The notes: generated by a model from the letters alone, not told the origin. A stretch of DNA of 64,000 nt from Pristiophorus japonicus (GCF_044704955.1 NC_091999.1:26908001-26972000); one strand, 5' to 3'; positions 11,095-24,522 are shown, numbered from the stretch's first letter. Made by a program: numbers and translations.

Positions 11095-12850
11095 GAGATA
11101 GAAAGAGGGACCCCACAAAGATCAGTGCTGGGTCCACTATTGTTCACAACTTATATTAACAATTTAGATTGAATGACGGAACAGGCTCGCTGAACCATAT
11201 GGCCTATTCCTGCTCCCAATTCTTATGTTCTTATGTTGTGATTTCCGAGGAAATATGGACATAAGATACTCAATCTCTCCTGATAGAACAGCCCCCCGCC
11301 CCCGCCGCCGTCCCAGGAATCAGATCAGTCTGATGAACCTTAGATGCACTCCGTCCAAGGCAAGTATATCCTTCCTTAGATAAGTAGAACAAAACTGTAC
11401 ACGATACACCAGGTGTAGTCTCAGCAGAGCCCTATATAAGTGCATGAAGGCTTCTTTTTACTAATACTCCAATCCCTTTGCAATAAAATGTTGCTTTCCA
11501 TTTGCTTTCCTAATTGCTCACTTTGGCTCCATGTTAGCTTTCTGTGATTCGTGCACAAGGCCATCCAGGTCTTTCTGAATAAGAACATTACCCAGTTTCT
11601 CAGCATTCAAAAAATATTCTGCATCTCTATTTGTCCTACCAAGGTGCGGAACTTCACACTTCTCCTATTATACTCAATCTGCCATGTTCATGCCCACTCA
11701 CTTAACCTGTCAATATCCCTTTGCAGCCTCCTTACTTCTTCCTCACTGTTTACTGTCCCACCTACCTTTGTATTGTAAATTACGCTAATTTAAGTCATCT
11801 TTCTATACACGTGTAGAAGCTCTAACAATCTGTTTGTAGATTTTTGATAGCTTATTTAATTTTATATTTTCTCCCATATTATCAGTTGCATGTGCATCTT
11901 TTGCAGAATTCCAAAATCTTCCCAATTTTCGGGCTTACTACTCTTTTTGTCAACATTCCATGGCTGTTAATTTAATCTAATACTATCTTTAACTTCCCTT
12001 GTTAGCCACGGTTGCACCATTGTTCCTGTGAGGTTTTTATTCATTGTGGAAGTTTATCTAATCTGACGGCTCTGTATGATGAGCTGAAGGTGAATTTGCA
12101 ATAATAATTTTGCTAATTCCGCCCTTGATACTTCCTGATCATCTGCACCTCTTGTGGTTTGTTCTAAAAAATCCTCTGGGTAAACGTTCAAACAAGTTAT
12201 TGTAGTGGGTGTTATGAATCATGTTTAAAGTAAGCTCTGGAGCTTGCAGTAGATGTCTTTTATCAGAAGGTGGCGACAGTGATCATATTGATACATGAGT
12301 CATGTGGAGACGGATATTGCTGAGCATTTCAGTCACCGTCCGTTTTGTCAAAACAAGTAAAACAATATAATTAATGCTTCTCAGTCAGTCAAATTTAAAG
12401 GGAGCATGTATCCTTAGAAATAATCTGAAGGGCAAATAAAGATTGCATTTTTTTCAATCCACATTTTAAGAAGATTGTCAGCCTCTTGTCGAGGATGCAG
12501 AGGAGATTGGTGCAAGGCATGAGGGAGTTCAGTTTTGTGGAGACGAGAGAGGATGGGTTCATTCTTATTATAGCAGGGAATGCTTAGGGGAGAATTAACA
12601 GATGTTTTCAAAATTGTGAAGGGGTTTCATTGAGTTGATAGTAAGGTGGGGATTCTATCGGCAGGTCTATCGGTAACCAGAACACAAAGATTAAGATGAA
12701 TGAAAAAATAAATCCAGACGGGAGATAAGGAGATTTTTTATGCAGCGAGTTGTAATAACCTGGAATGTACTCTCTGAAAGGGTGATGGCAGCAAATTTAA
12801 TTATAACTTTCAAATAGGGAAATCAATATATATTTGAAAAGGAAAGATGA
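11095..12850. mobile_element. Cluster of CR1 fragments in both orientations
   Basis: GTPQRSVLGPLLFTTYINNLD plus a tail on the plus strand (11095-11240). Minus-strand RT remnant at ~11260-11780. Plus-strand 3' remnant at ~12420-12850. Confidence 0.7.
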
Positions 12851-12854
12851 TCTG

Positions 12855-15395
12855 GTGTAATAAAGAGAGAGACAGTGTCGAGGATAATATAAACAGTGAC
12901 AATGCCTGGCGTATTATAAAAAGAGACAGGGTGTCGTGTGACATAAACTGAGACAGTGTCTACTGGAATATAAACAGAGACAGGGTCTAGTGTAATACAA
13001 ACAAAGACAGGGTCTAGTGTAATATAAACAGGGATAGTGTCAGAAGGAATATAAACAAAGATAGTGTCTGGTGTAATGTAAACAGAGACATGGTCTAGTG
13101 TAATATAAACAGAGACAGGGTCTAGTGTAATATAAACATAGAGAGGGTCTAATGTAGTATAAACAGAGACAGTGTCTAGTATTTTATAAAAAGAGACAAG
13201 GTCTAGTGTATTATAAACAGAGACAGCGTCTAGTGTAATATAAACAGGGATAGTGTCTGGAAGAATATAAACAGCGACTGGGTCTTGTGTGATATGAACA
13301 GAGACAGGGTCCAGTGTAATATAAATAGAGACAGGGTCTAGTTTAATATAAAGACGGATAGTGTCAGAAAGAATATAAAAAGAGGCAGTGTCTGGTGTAA
13401 TATAAACAGAGACATGGTCTAGTGTAATATAAACATAGACAGGATCTAGTGTAATACAAACAGAGACAGGGTCTAGTGTAATATAAACAGGGATAGTGTC
13501 AGAAAGAATATAAACAGATGCAATGTCTGGTGTAATATAAACAGAGACATGGTCTAGTGTAATATAAACAGAGACAGGGTCTAGTTTAATATAAACAGAG
13601 ATATAGGGTCGAGTCCAATATAAACAGGGATAGTGTTAAGAAGAATATAGACAGAGACAGTGCCTAGTGTAATATAAACAGAGACAGGGTCTAGTGTATT
13701 ATAAACAGAGACAGGGTGTAGTGTAATATAAACAGGGATAGTGTCTAGTATATTATAAAAAGAGACAAGGTCTAGTGTATTATAAACAGAGACAGCGTCT
13801 AGTGTAATATAAACAGGGATAGTGTCTGGAAGAATATAAACAGCGACAGGGTCTTGTGTGATATGAACAGAGACAGGGTCCAGTGTAATATAAATAGAGA
13901 CAGGGTCTAGTTTAATATAAAGACGGATAGTGTCAGAAAGAATATAAAAAGAGGCAGTGTCTGGTGTAATATAAACAGAGACATGGTCTAGTGTAATATA
14001 AACATAGACAGGGTCTAGTGTAATACAAACAGAGACAGGGTCTAGTGTAATATAAACAGGGATAGTGTCAGAAAGAATATAAACAGAGGCAATGTCTGGT
14101 GTAATATAAACAGAGACATGGTCTAGTGTAATATAAACAGAGACAGGGTCTAGTTTAATATAAGCAGAGATATAGGGTCGAGTCCAATATAAACAGGGAT
14201 AGTGTTAAGAAGAATATAGACAGAGACAGTGCCTAGTGTAATATAAACAGAGACAGGGTCTAGTGTATTATAAACAGAGACAAGGTGTAGTGTAATATAA
14301 ACAGGGATAGTGTCTGGAAGAATATAAACAAAGACAGGGTCTAGTGTAATATAAACAGAGACAGGGTCTTGTGTAATGCAAACAGAGACAGGGTCTAGTG
14401 TAATATAAACAGGGATAGTGTCAGAAAGAATATAAACAGAGGCAGTGTCTGGTGTAATATAAACAGCGACATGGTCTAGTGTAATAAAAACAGAGACAGG
14501 GTCTTGTTTAATATAAACAGAGACTGGTTCGAGTCCAATATAAACAGGGATAGTGTTAAGAAGAATATAGACAGAGTCAGTGTCTAGTGTAATATGAAGA
14601 GAGACAGGGTCTAGTGTAAAATAAACAGAGACAGGATCCAGTTTAATATAAACAGAGACAGGGTCCAATATAATATGAACTGGAAGAGGGTCTAGTGTAA
14701 TGTAAACAGAGGCAAGGTCTAGTTTAATATAAACAGAGACAGTGTCTAGTACAAAATAAACAGAGACAGGGTCTAGTGTAATATAAACAGAGACAGAGTC
14801 TAGTGTAATATAAACAGGGATAGTGTCTGGAAGAATATAAACAGAGACAGTGTCTAGTGTAATATAAACAGAGACAGGGTCTAGTTTAATATAAACAGAA
14901 ACAGGGTCCAGTGTAATTTAAACAGAGACAGGGTCTAGTAGAATATAAACAGAGACAGGGTCTAGACTAATATAAACAGAGACAGTCTCTAGTGTTATAT
15001 GAACTGGGAGCGGGTCTAACGTAATGTAAACAGAGGCAGGGTCTAGTATAATATAAACAGAGACAGGGTCTAGTACAATATAAACAGAGACAGGGTCTAG
15101 TGTAATATAAACTGGGACAGGGTCTAGTGTAATAGAAACAGAGACAGGGTCCAGTGTAATAAAAACAGAGACAGTGTCTACTGTAATATAAACAGAGACA
15201 GGGTGTAGACTAATATAACAGAGACAGTGTCTAGTGTAATATAAACTGGGACAGAGTTGAGTGTAATATAAACAGAGACAGGGTCTAGTACAATATAAGC
15301 AGAGACAGGGACACGGGTAATATAAACAGAGACAGCGTCTCGTGTAATATTAACAGGGACAGGGTCTTAAGAGAGACAGGTTCTAGTGTAATATT
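12855..15395 (+). repeat. 27-bp satellite array
   Basis: Unit GTCTAGTGTAATATAAACAGAGACAGG, roughly 90 copies, with a ~569-bp higher-order duplication. Confidence 0.95.
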
Positions 15396-15500
15396 AGATA
15401 GAAGTACAGATAGATGGATAGAAGTACGAATCGACGGTCGGACGGACAGACGAATGGACCGACCGACCGAATGACAGACAGATAGACAGTCAGACAGACA
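15396..15500. repeat. GATA/GACA/GACC tetranucleotide mix
   Basis: TAGATAGA..GACGGACAGACG..GACAGACAGATAGACAG. Confidence 0.8.
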
Positions 15501-15529
15501 TGAAGATTCGCATGGCTGGAATGTTACTA

Positions 15530-16450
15530 TCAAATTATTCCAGGCATTCTATATGTTTAAATTACTCTGGACCCTGTTTAATTATAACTACATCTGATCA
15601 TCTCTCTTTTCGGATTGCACAAGGCCCTGTCTCAGTTATTACTGCACTAGTCTCGGGATCAATTTTATTTCTGTGGATACTGTCTCAGTTACACTGCACT
15701 AGACCCTGTCTCTGTTTATATTATTCTCGGCTCTGTATCAGTTATCACAGTACTGGACCCTGCGTTATATTACATTAGACCCATTCTCAGTTACTACTGA
15801 ACTAGACGCTGTCTCTGTTTATATGACCGTACACCATGTTTTTGTCAATATTTCACTAGTTCCTGTCTCTCTTTATATTACACTCGACATGTCTCAGTTT
15901 ATATTGCACTAGAAAATGTCAATGTTTCTACTAAAGAGCTCATGTATTAGTTAGTATTAGAGCACGTTATTCTTTGTTATATTATGTTGGACCCTGTCAC
16001 TATTTATATTATACTATCCCCTGTCTCTTTATAATAGATTGGTCCTGTCTCTGGTTATATTACACTAGACCCTGTCTCTGTTTATATTACACTCGACCCT
16101 GTCTCTGTTTATATTATACTAGACTCTGTATTTTTTACATTACACTAGACACGGTCTCTGTTTATATTACACTAGACACTGTCTCTGTTTATATTACACT
16201 AGACCCTGTATTTTTTATATTACACTAGACATTGTCTCTGTTTATATTACACTAGAGCCTTTATTTTCTATATTACACTAGACACTGTCTCTGTTTATAT
16301 TACACTAGGCCCTGTCTCTGTTTATATTACACTAGACGCTGTGTCTTTTTATTTTACACTGGTCCCTGTCATTGTAGATATTACACTATATCATCTCTCT
16401 GTCTATGTTACACTTGGACGTGTCTCGGTTATTACTGCACTAGACCCTGG
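15530..16450 (-). repeat. 27-bp satellite, inverted orientation
   Basis: Unit CCTGTCTCTGTTTATATTACACTAGAC, the reverse complement of the 12855-15395 unit. Most degenerate near 15530. Confidence 0.92.
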
Positions 16451-16681
16451 GGTATAGATGTGTCTATATAGGTTAAATCGAGCAATCCATTTGGCTGAGG
16501 GTCAGACGTCGCACTGATGTAGCTATGGCGACCAAATCACGTTGATGACGTTGCTTTGTTGTAAACAATTACGTCACCCATTGTTTACGTGTTGCTGACG
16601 TGATGATGTCAAACAGGTAAACACGAAATGCAATATACAGGAAGTTGCACTGACAAAATCAATTTTCTGCGATAGTGATGT

Positions 16682-17165
16682 CACACTGTGCCATCAAACA
16701 TTCCCAGGGCAGGTACAGCGCGGGCCTATGCAAAGAAAAGCTCCGTCGATGCTGTCCCATCAAACACTCCCAGCTCAGGTACAGCACGAGTCGAAAAACA
16801 ATAAAGCTCCCTCTACACCGTCACATCAAACACTCCCAGGGCAGGTACAGCACGGTTTAGATAGAGAGTAAATCTTGCTCTACACCGTCCCATCAAACTC
16901 TCCCAGGGCAGGTACAGCTCTGGTCTATGCAGAGTAAAGCTCCCTCCACACTGTCCCAGCAAAGACTCCCAGGGCAGGTACAGCACGGGTAAGCTATGGA
17001 GTAAAGCACCCTCTACACCGTCCCATCAAACTCTTCCAGAGCAGGTACATCACTCGTCTATGCAGAGCAAAGCTCCATCGAAACAGTCCCATTAAACACT
17101 CACAGGGCAGGTACAGCACGGAGTTAGATGCAGAGTAAAGTTCCCGCTACAGAGTCACATCAAAC
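16682..17165. repeat. ~66-bp tandem repeat (~7 copies)
   Basis: CATCAAAC recurs at 16692, 16758, 16824, 16891 and onward. Unit CTGTCCCATCAAACACTCCCAGGGCAGGTACAGCACGGGTTAGATGCAGAGTAAAGCTCCCTCTACA. Confidence 0.92.
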
Positions 17166-17999
17166 ACCCAAGATCATTGAGTTCACACGACATATTTTAT
17201 TATAAAGCTGCCTCTCCGCACACCCACCAATTTGGTTTGAGGCCTGGAAATAGACCTTAGAGAACATTTTTGTTAGACATTGACTTCTTATTGTGAGGTA
17301 AAAATAATGACGCATTCTTTAGAGGCAAGTCAAAATGTGGGGATAGTAGAGAGAGGCAGAGAGGGAGGGGATACAGAGAATTGCCACGAATACATTTGAG
17401 CTGTTACTATATACGGTGACTAGAATCTTGCCCCATTCTGGCCGCAGATAACATCGTTGATTTGTTCACCAATAACTGAAAAAAATATCACAAACATCAA
17501 TTGTTGCTGGAATCCGTTGAGACATTAGCGTTTCTTTATCTGTTTATTTCTATTCTGTCGTTCACTATTCTAATCTGGGTCTTCTATTTCTGCGTTTATT
17601 TACATAAACACCTCACAGGTTTCCATGAAGTGTTCATGGCAGCAAAAGCAGATCCACAAAGTCATTTATTGATTAGTTTTAACTCACAGCACGGGTTTAT
17701 TTTATGAATATTGGTAGTTGGTACAAAGAAATGGAAATATCTCCAGCTGTGACATCGGTTTTTGGTTTGTTCAATTAGAAGAGATGTGATTTATATCAAA
17801 GGGAACATATTAAAATTAATAATTCAATTCTGAAAATTCTGCTACCAATGTCAATGGAACCTCGCTGAACAGATCAGTAATTCACTGAATGTCCATTTAG
17901 CTTAAGAATCCAGCCACTTAAACTAAACAAGTTAAAACAGCGACCAGAGGAGTCACCCATTGCAACGTGTATTTTAAATGTTGACGTTTAGAAATAACT

Positions 18000-18440
18000 T
18001 TCACGACTTTCACGTCCTCAGAATGTCCAAAAGTGCTTTATAATGAAGTATGTTTGAAGTGTAGTCACTTTTATAATGTAGGAAACATGGAGTCAAATTG
18101 CACACAGCAAGCTCCCACAAACATAATGTGATAATAACCACAGAATCTGTGCTTTAGCGATGCTGGTTAATGGATAAATATGTGTAATGGACTTCGGGGT
18201 GAACTCCCCTGCTATTTAAAATAGTGCCATTCAATCTCTTACATCCAACTGTGAGTGAAGACTCAGCAGATGTAACGTCTCATCCGAAAGACTGCTCCAC
18301 CGTCAATATAGCCCCCCCTCCCCTTCTCCTTCGGTACTGGTACCGGGAGTGCCAGCCGAGATTAGGTGCTCAGCCTCTGGAGAGGGGTTGAGAACCCACA
18401 GCCTTCTCACTCAGAGGTGAGAGTGATCCCATTGTACCGG
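18000..18440 (-). mobile_element. SacSINE1/DeuSINE-like SINE
   Basis: Reverse complement of the 30-460 element (CACACAGCAAGCTCCCACAAAC, TAACGTCTCATCCGAAAGAC). Confidence 0.7.
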
Positions 18441-18807
18441 GGCTTTAGCACGTCACAGCTTAATTTTGTAGACTTTGTCATTTAGTTCAGAGTGTCCAAA
18501 ATTTAGTGCCTGAGACGAGTCTTACACAATCGGTTTAATTCCCGGGGATAATGCTCTTATCTTGCCTGGGATGATATTCTGGCACTGTTGTAAAATGGGA
18601 TCAAATCTTAGCGACTCCTCATCTGGATGTTCATGAGGTGCATCAGTAGAACAGCTGGAAACTGGGACGGTGCTCCTTATATCCGAGAATGTTAAGGCAG
18701 ATTTAATAGTGGCGATCAAAATTATGAGGAGTTTTAATCAAGTAAATAGTTAGAAACCTTTACCACTGGTAGGACGGACAGTAACCACAAGCCAGAGATT
18801 TAAAATG

Positions 18808-18952
18808 TATTACTGCACTAGACCCTGTCTCTGCTGAGATTACAATCGACCCTGTCCCTGCTTACATTGCACTAGACCCTGTCTCTGTTTATATTACACG
18901 AGACCCTGTCCCTATTTTCATTACACGAGACCCTGTCTCTATTTATATTACA
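18808..18952 (-). repeat. Small outlier array of the 27-bp satellite (~5 units)
   Basis: ACTAGACCCTGTCTCTGTTTATATTAC units. Confidence 0.85.
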
Positions 18953-18954
18953 GT

Positions 18955-20220
18955 CGCTTAAACAAAGGGGACTACAGTGGGATGATGGCAGAGTTGTCTA
19001 AAGTACACTGGAAAGGCAGACTAAACGGTGGCACAATTGAGGAACAGTGGAGGACTTTTAAGGAGCTATTTCATAATGCTCAACAAAAATATATTCCAGT
19101 GAAAATTAAGGGCGGTAAGAGAAGGGATAACCAGCCGTGGATAACCAAGGAAATAAAGGAGAGTATCAAATTAAAAACCAATGCGTGTAAGGTGGCCAAT
19201 GTTAGTGGGAAACTAGAAGATTGCGAAAATTTTAATCGACAGCAAAGAATGATTAAGAGAGCAATAAAGAAAGGAAAGGTAGATTACGAAAGTAAATTTG
19301 TGCAACACATAAAAACAGATAGTAAAAGCTTTTACCGATATATAAAACGGAAAAGAATGACTAAAGTAAATGTTGGTCCCTCAGACGATGAGAAGGTGGA
19401 TTTAATAATGGGAAATGTGGAAATGGCTGAGACCCTAAACAATTATTTTGCTTCGGTCGTCTCAGTGGAAGACACAAAAATCATTGCAGAAATTACTGGT
19501 CACGGGAATGTGAGAAGGGAGGACCTTGAGATAATCACTATCACAACGGGGATAGTGCTGGATAGGCTAATGGGACTCAAGGTAGACAAGTCCCCATGTC
19601 CTGATAAAATGCATCCCAGGGTATTAAAAGACATGGCGGAAGTTATAGCATATGCATTCGTTATTATCTACCAAAATTCTCTGGACTCTGGTGAGGTCCA
19701 GCGGATTGGAAAGCAGCTAATGTAACGCCTCTGTTTAACAAAGGGGGCAGACAAAAGGCAAATAACTATAGGCCGGTTAGTTTAACATCTGTAGTGGGGA
19801 AAATGCTTGAAGCTATCATTAAGGAAGAAATAGCGGGACATCTAGATAGGAATAGTGCAATAAAGCAGACGCAACATGGATTCATGAAGGGGAAATCATG
19901 TTTAACTAATTTACTGGAATTCTTTGAGGATATAATGAGCATGGTGGATAGAGATATACCGATGAATGTGGTGTATTTAGATTTCCAAAAGGCATTCGAT
20001 AAGGTGCCACACAAAAGGTTACTGCAGAAGATAAAGGTACGTGGGGTCAGAGGAAATGTATTAGCATGGATAGAGAATTGGCTGGATAACAGAAAGCAGA
20101 GAGTCGGGATAAATGGGTCCTTTTCGCGTTGGAAACCGGTGGTTAGTGGTGTGCCACAGGGATCGGTGCTGGGACCACAACTGTTTACAATATACATAGA
20201 TGACCTGGAAGAGGGGACAG
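18955..20220 (+). mobile_element. CR1 LINE ORF2 fragment (tether/RT)
   Basis: ORFs 18982-19725 and 19794-20303 with [49 protein letters not shown] and [19 protein letters not shown]. Confidence 0.93.
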
Positions 20221-21500
20221 ATTCAATCAAGTTAGTCAGACATGACCTTCCCTTAACAAATCCGCGCGGACTGTTCCTGATTAATCCATGTCTTTCCAAA
20301 TGAAGATTTTTCCTGTCATTCAGGATTTTTCCAAAACAAATTCCCACCACTGAGGTTAGGCTGACAGGCCTTTAATAAATCGATCCATCCTTGCTCCCTT
20401 TTTAAACAAAGGTTAAACATTAGAGGTCCTCCAGTCCTCTGGCACCACACCTGTAGCCAGTGCGGATTGGAAAATGATGGTCAGAGCCTCTGCTATTTCC
20501 TCTTTTGCTTCTCTTAACAGCCTGAAATACATTTCATCTGGGCCTGGGGATTTATCCACTTTCAAAGCTGCTAAGTCCCTTAATACTTCTTCTCTAACTA
20601 TGTTTACCTCGTCCAATATTTCACACTCCTCCCTCATTGCAAAATCTGCAACGCCCCTCTCTTTTGTGAAAACAAATGCAGGGTATTGATTAAGAATGAT
20701 AGTCACATCTTCTGCTTCCACACAGATTTCCTTTGTGGTCTGTAATAGGCCGCATTCTTTCTCTAGTTATCCTCTTAAGGTATTTATAATGTCTACCTGT
20801 CCTGAAACCTTCATGGGTCTGTGGATATGCACTCCTAGGTCTCTTTATTCATCTACACTTCTCAGTAATCTACGATTCATTATGTATTCCCTTGCCTTGT
20901 TAGCCCTCCCCAAATGCAAGACCTCACACTACCGCGGATTGAAGTCCACTTGCTACTATTCTGCCCACCTGATCAGTCCATTGCTATCTTCCTGCAGTCT
21001 AGAGCTTTCTTCTTCATTATCAACCACAAGGCCAATTTGTGTGTCATCTGCATACTTCCTAATCATACCCTATAGATTCAAGTCCAAATTATTGATAAAA
21101 AAGGGACCTGGTAGTGAGCCCTATGGATTCCCCACTGGAGACAGCCTTCCAGTCTCAAAAACACCCATCAACCATTAACCTTTGCTTCCTGACTCTGAGC
21201 CAATTTTGGATCCAACTTGCCACTTTGCCTTGTATCCCAATTGCTTATAATTTTGTGACCAGTCTGCCTTGTGGGACTTTATCAAAATAGTTGCTAGAAT
21301 TCATATACGCTACATCAAATGCACTGCCCTCATTAAATTTTTTGAGGGGATATACAGGAGAGTCAATCGGTAGACAGACCCGACTTTCCCTTAACAAATC
21401 CATGCTGAATGTCCTTGATTAATCCGTGTCTTCCCAAATGAAGATTTATCCTATCCCTCAAAATTTTGTCCAAAAATGTTCCCACCAACGAGCTGAGGCT
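20221..21500 (-). mobile_element. CR1 ORF2 fragments, opposite orientation
   Basis: Minus-strand [34 protein letters not shown] and QHGFVKGKS motifs. Confidence 0.85.
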
Positions 21501-21509
21501 CTCCCCAGC

Positions 21510-22450
21510 TTGTAGAGGAACTAGGTCCCAGCTTTGTTCAGGTGCAACCCGACTGGCTTGTCCAGGTCCCACCGCCCCCAGAAACAGTCGCAATACCACA
21601 TAAATTTAAAGTCTTCCCTCCTGCATCGTCTCAAGCCACATATTCACCTGCTCGATCCTCCTATTTCTATACTCACTAGCACGTGGTACTGGGAGTAATC
21701 TGGCGATTACTACTTTTGAGGTCCTGTTTTTTAGTCTCCTTCCCAGCTCCCTTAAAACTGCCTGAAGGACGTCATCCCTCTTTCGACCTTTGTCATTGCT
21801 GACAATATAGACCACGACTTCTGGCTATTCACACCCCTCCCCCCGGTTCCCTCACAATGTCCTGCAACCTTTTAACGACAAACCTTGACCCTGGCACCAG
21901 GGAGGCAATGACTATCTTGGAGTCACGTCTGCAGCCGCCAAACGTCCTTATTACTAGGGGGATCAAGGTGTATGGCGAGAACGCAGGAATGGGGTACTGA
22001 AGTTGCATGTTCAGCTATTAACTCATTGAATGGCGGTGCAGGCTAGAAGGGCCGAATGGCCTAGTCCTGCAACTATTTTCTATGTTTCTATGTCTGTCTA
22101 TTCCCCATGTATCAAGTGACCTACCACTATTGCTCTTCCACTCTTCTTCCTTCCCTTCTGTGCAGCTGAGCCAAACATGGTTCCGTGGACTTGGCACTGG
22201 CTTCACTCCCCAGAGCAACCATCGTGCTCCTCATTAACCTGAACTGAAAAGCGGTTAATGAGTCAGGGGATTCCTGTCCTACATGTCAGTTCCTCCTTGC
22301 CTGTCTGACGATCTTCCATTCCCTCTATGCCTGCACAATTTAAACTGCTGGGTGACTACCTCCTGAAATGTGGTGTCCTCAAAGCTCTCAGCTTCACGGA
22401 TAGACTGCATTGACGCTAGCAACCGGTCAAGCTGCGAAACCCGGAGCTCA
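21510..22450 (-). mobile_element. CR1 ORF1 (SGNH esterase) remnant with a nested plus-strand CR1 3' tail (~21950-22092)
   Basis: RELGRRLKNRTSKVVIARLLPVPRASEYRNRRIEQVNMWLE and FELRVSQLDRLL..IREAESF. The nested tail ends TTTCTATGTTTCTATG. Confidence 0.75.
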
Positions 22451-22644
22451 AAATGCACCCTTATGATATGGAATCGATATGGGTAGAGCTGCAGAACACC
22501 AAATGGCAATACACGTTAGTGGGAGTTTTGTACAGACATATAAACCGTAGTAGTGATGTTGGGGAGGGCATCTTACAGGTAATTAGGGAGCTGGCGACAC
22601 TTCCCGCAACGTGGTCATCCAGATGTTCCCACATGGCCCAGTAT

Positions 22645-22895
22645 GTGTATTCCATGGGACTTTGCTGCCTGACCAGGATGTACATTCCATGGGACTGAGC
22701 TGCCTGCCCAGGATGCGCATTCCATGGGACTGAGCTGCCTGCCCAGGATGTGCATTCCGTGGGACTGAGCTTCCCTGCCCAGTATGTACATTCCATGGGA
22801 CTGAGCTGCCTGCCCAGGATGTGCATTCCATGGGACTGAGCTGCCTGCCCAGGATGTGCATTCCATGGGACTGAGCTGCCTGCCCAAGATATACA
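22645..22895. repeat. 35-bp minisatellite (~7 copies)
   Basis: Unit CATTCCATGGGACTGAGCTGCCTGCCCAGGATGTG. Confidence 0.92.
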
Positions 22896-23619
22896 TTCTC
22901 TACAGACAGTTCTAGTTTCTCTGGAACATTTTTTCCTCTCTTGCTCATCCTAAGCTGTATAATTAGTCCACTCCACTGCTCTGCCTCATAACCCTGCAAA
23001 TCTTTGCAACTCAAATATTTATCTCTTTTGCACTTAAAGAGTGAATCTGCCTCCACCACCCTTACAGGCAGTGCGTTCCAGGCCATAACATTTCGCTACT
23101 GAATGTTTTTCGCTCGTGTGGCATCTGGTTCATTTGCCAATCATCTTAAATAAGTGTCCTCTGGCTACCGAGCCGTCTGACACTGAAAATGTTTTCCCTC
23201 ATTAAGAGGGTTGGTGGGCTGGAGGAGGTTACAGAGATCGGGAGTGGCGAGGTCTTGGCGGGATTTGAACAAGAGGAGGAGAATTTTAAAGGCTGAAGCT
23301 ACCCGCCGTCTCCCCCAGTGCAGAATGTGGCTCTCTATTAACAGGAAGGATTTTTGTTTCACAACTAAAGATGCATAATGAGGGGAAATCAATCTGTGTA
23401 TCTTTAACTAACAGCGAAATGGAAAGAGAGAAATGAATGGCCTTTAAACACCTGGTTATCGACCCCCGAAACTGTAAATTATTTCTCATTATATAACCAT
23501 ACAAATTTACAGCACGGAAGGAGGCCATTTAGGCCCATCTTGTTTGTGCAGACTGATAGAGAGCTATCCATTCTAATCCCACTTTCCAGCTCTTAGTCCG
23601 TAGCCTTGTAGCTTACAGA

Positions 23620-23933
23620 GGCGTGAGTTCGGGGCCATTGGGCAGCGCGGGCCAGACCACACAGTGATAAGTGTGCACACTAGGTCCGTGCAGCAGAGCA
23701 CATCTAGGATAACCCTTGCCACTGGAATAAGACCTAGCTCTGTCAAGCCCGCGTGGCGGCTGGTGTGTAACGGCCAGCACACGTTAAAAAAATCCATGCA
23801 CAAGCATCTTCCACCCGTCAGGATGTAGTTTGGAACATGGAATATTAGGTCCTTCATTGAAACATCTGTGAACTCATCCTTCTTTTTGGCGTGGAAGCAA
23901 GTCATCCTCGTTTCGACGCACTGCCAATGATGA
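23620..23933 (+). mobile_element. Probable RTE-type LINE 3' UTR fragment
   Basis: Ends TTTTTGGCGTGGAAGCAAGTCATCCTCG..ACTGCCAATGATGAT with an (ATG)n tail. Family assignment is from recall only. Confidence 0.4.
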
Positions 23934-23934
23934 T

Positions 23935-24522
23935 ACTTTGTATCGGGTGAGTATGCAATGTGTTGTGTGAGTACAGATTGACATTTGTCCGTATATGTTG
24001 TTTTGTGTGGGGACACCTTGTATTGTGTGAAGTCACGATATATTGTGTGAGTAGAACTTGTGTTGCATGAGTACAGCTTGTGTTGCGTGACTACATCTTG
24101 TATTGTGGGAGTGCACCATGTATTTATAAGTAAAGCTTTTATTGTGTGAGTACACCTTGTATTGTGTGAGTACTGACTTTGTTGCATAAATACAGCTTAT
24201 ATATTGTGAGTACTGATATTATGGTGTGAGTTCACATTTTATATCGTGTGAGTATAGTTTTTATGGTGTGAGCACACGTTTTATCGTGTAAGTACATCTT
24301 GTATTGTGAAAGTAAAGCTTTTGTTGTATGTGTACACCTTGTATTGTATGAGCACCCCTTTTACTGTATGTGTACATATTTTATTATGTGAGTACACCTT
24401 GGGGTTGTGTGCGTAAACCTTGTAATGTGTATGTACACCTTGTATTGTGTGAGAATAGTTTGTATTGCGTAATTTCAGCTTGTATTGTATAAGTACACCA
24501 TGTATTATGTGAGTAAACCTTT
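23935..24522. repeat. 20-bp satellite, left part
   Basis: Unit TTGTATTGTGTGAGTACACC. Confidence 0.9.

Noticed and set aside
10792-11172. ORFs with long X runs
   Set aside because: Artefacts of the N gap.
14150-14668. 172-aa repetitive ORF (LDPVSVYIT)n
   Set aside because: Translation of a 27-bp satellite whose period is a multiple of 3. Neighbouring units contain stops.
12855-17165. CRISPR-like appearance of the 27-bp and 66-bp arrays
   Set aside because: Units are head-to-tail with no unique spacers, there are no cas genes, and the context is vertebrate.
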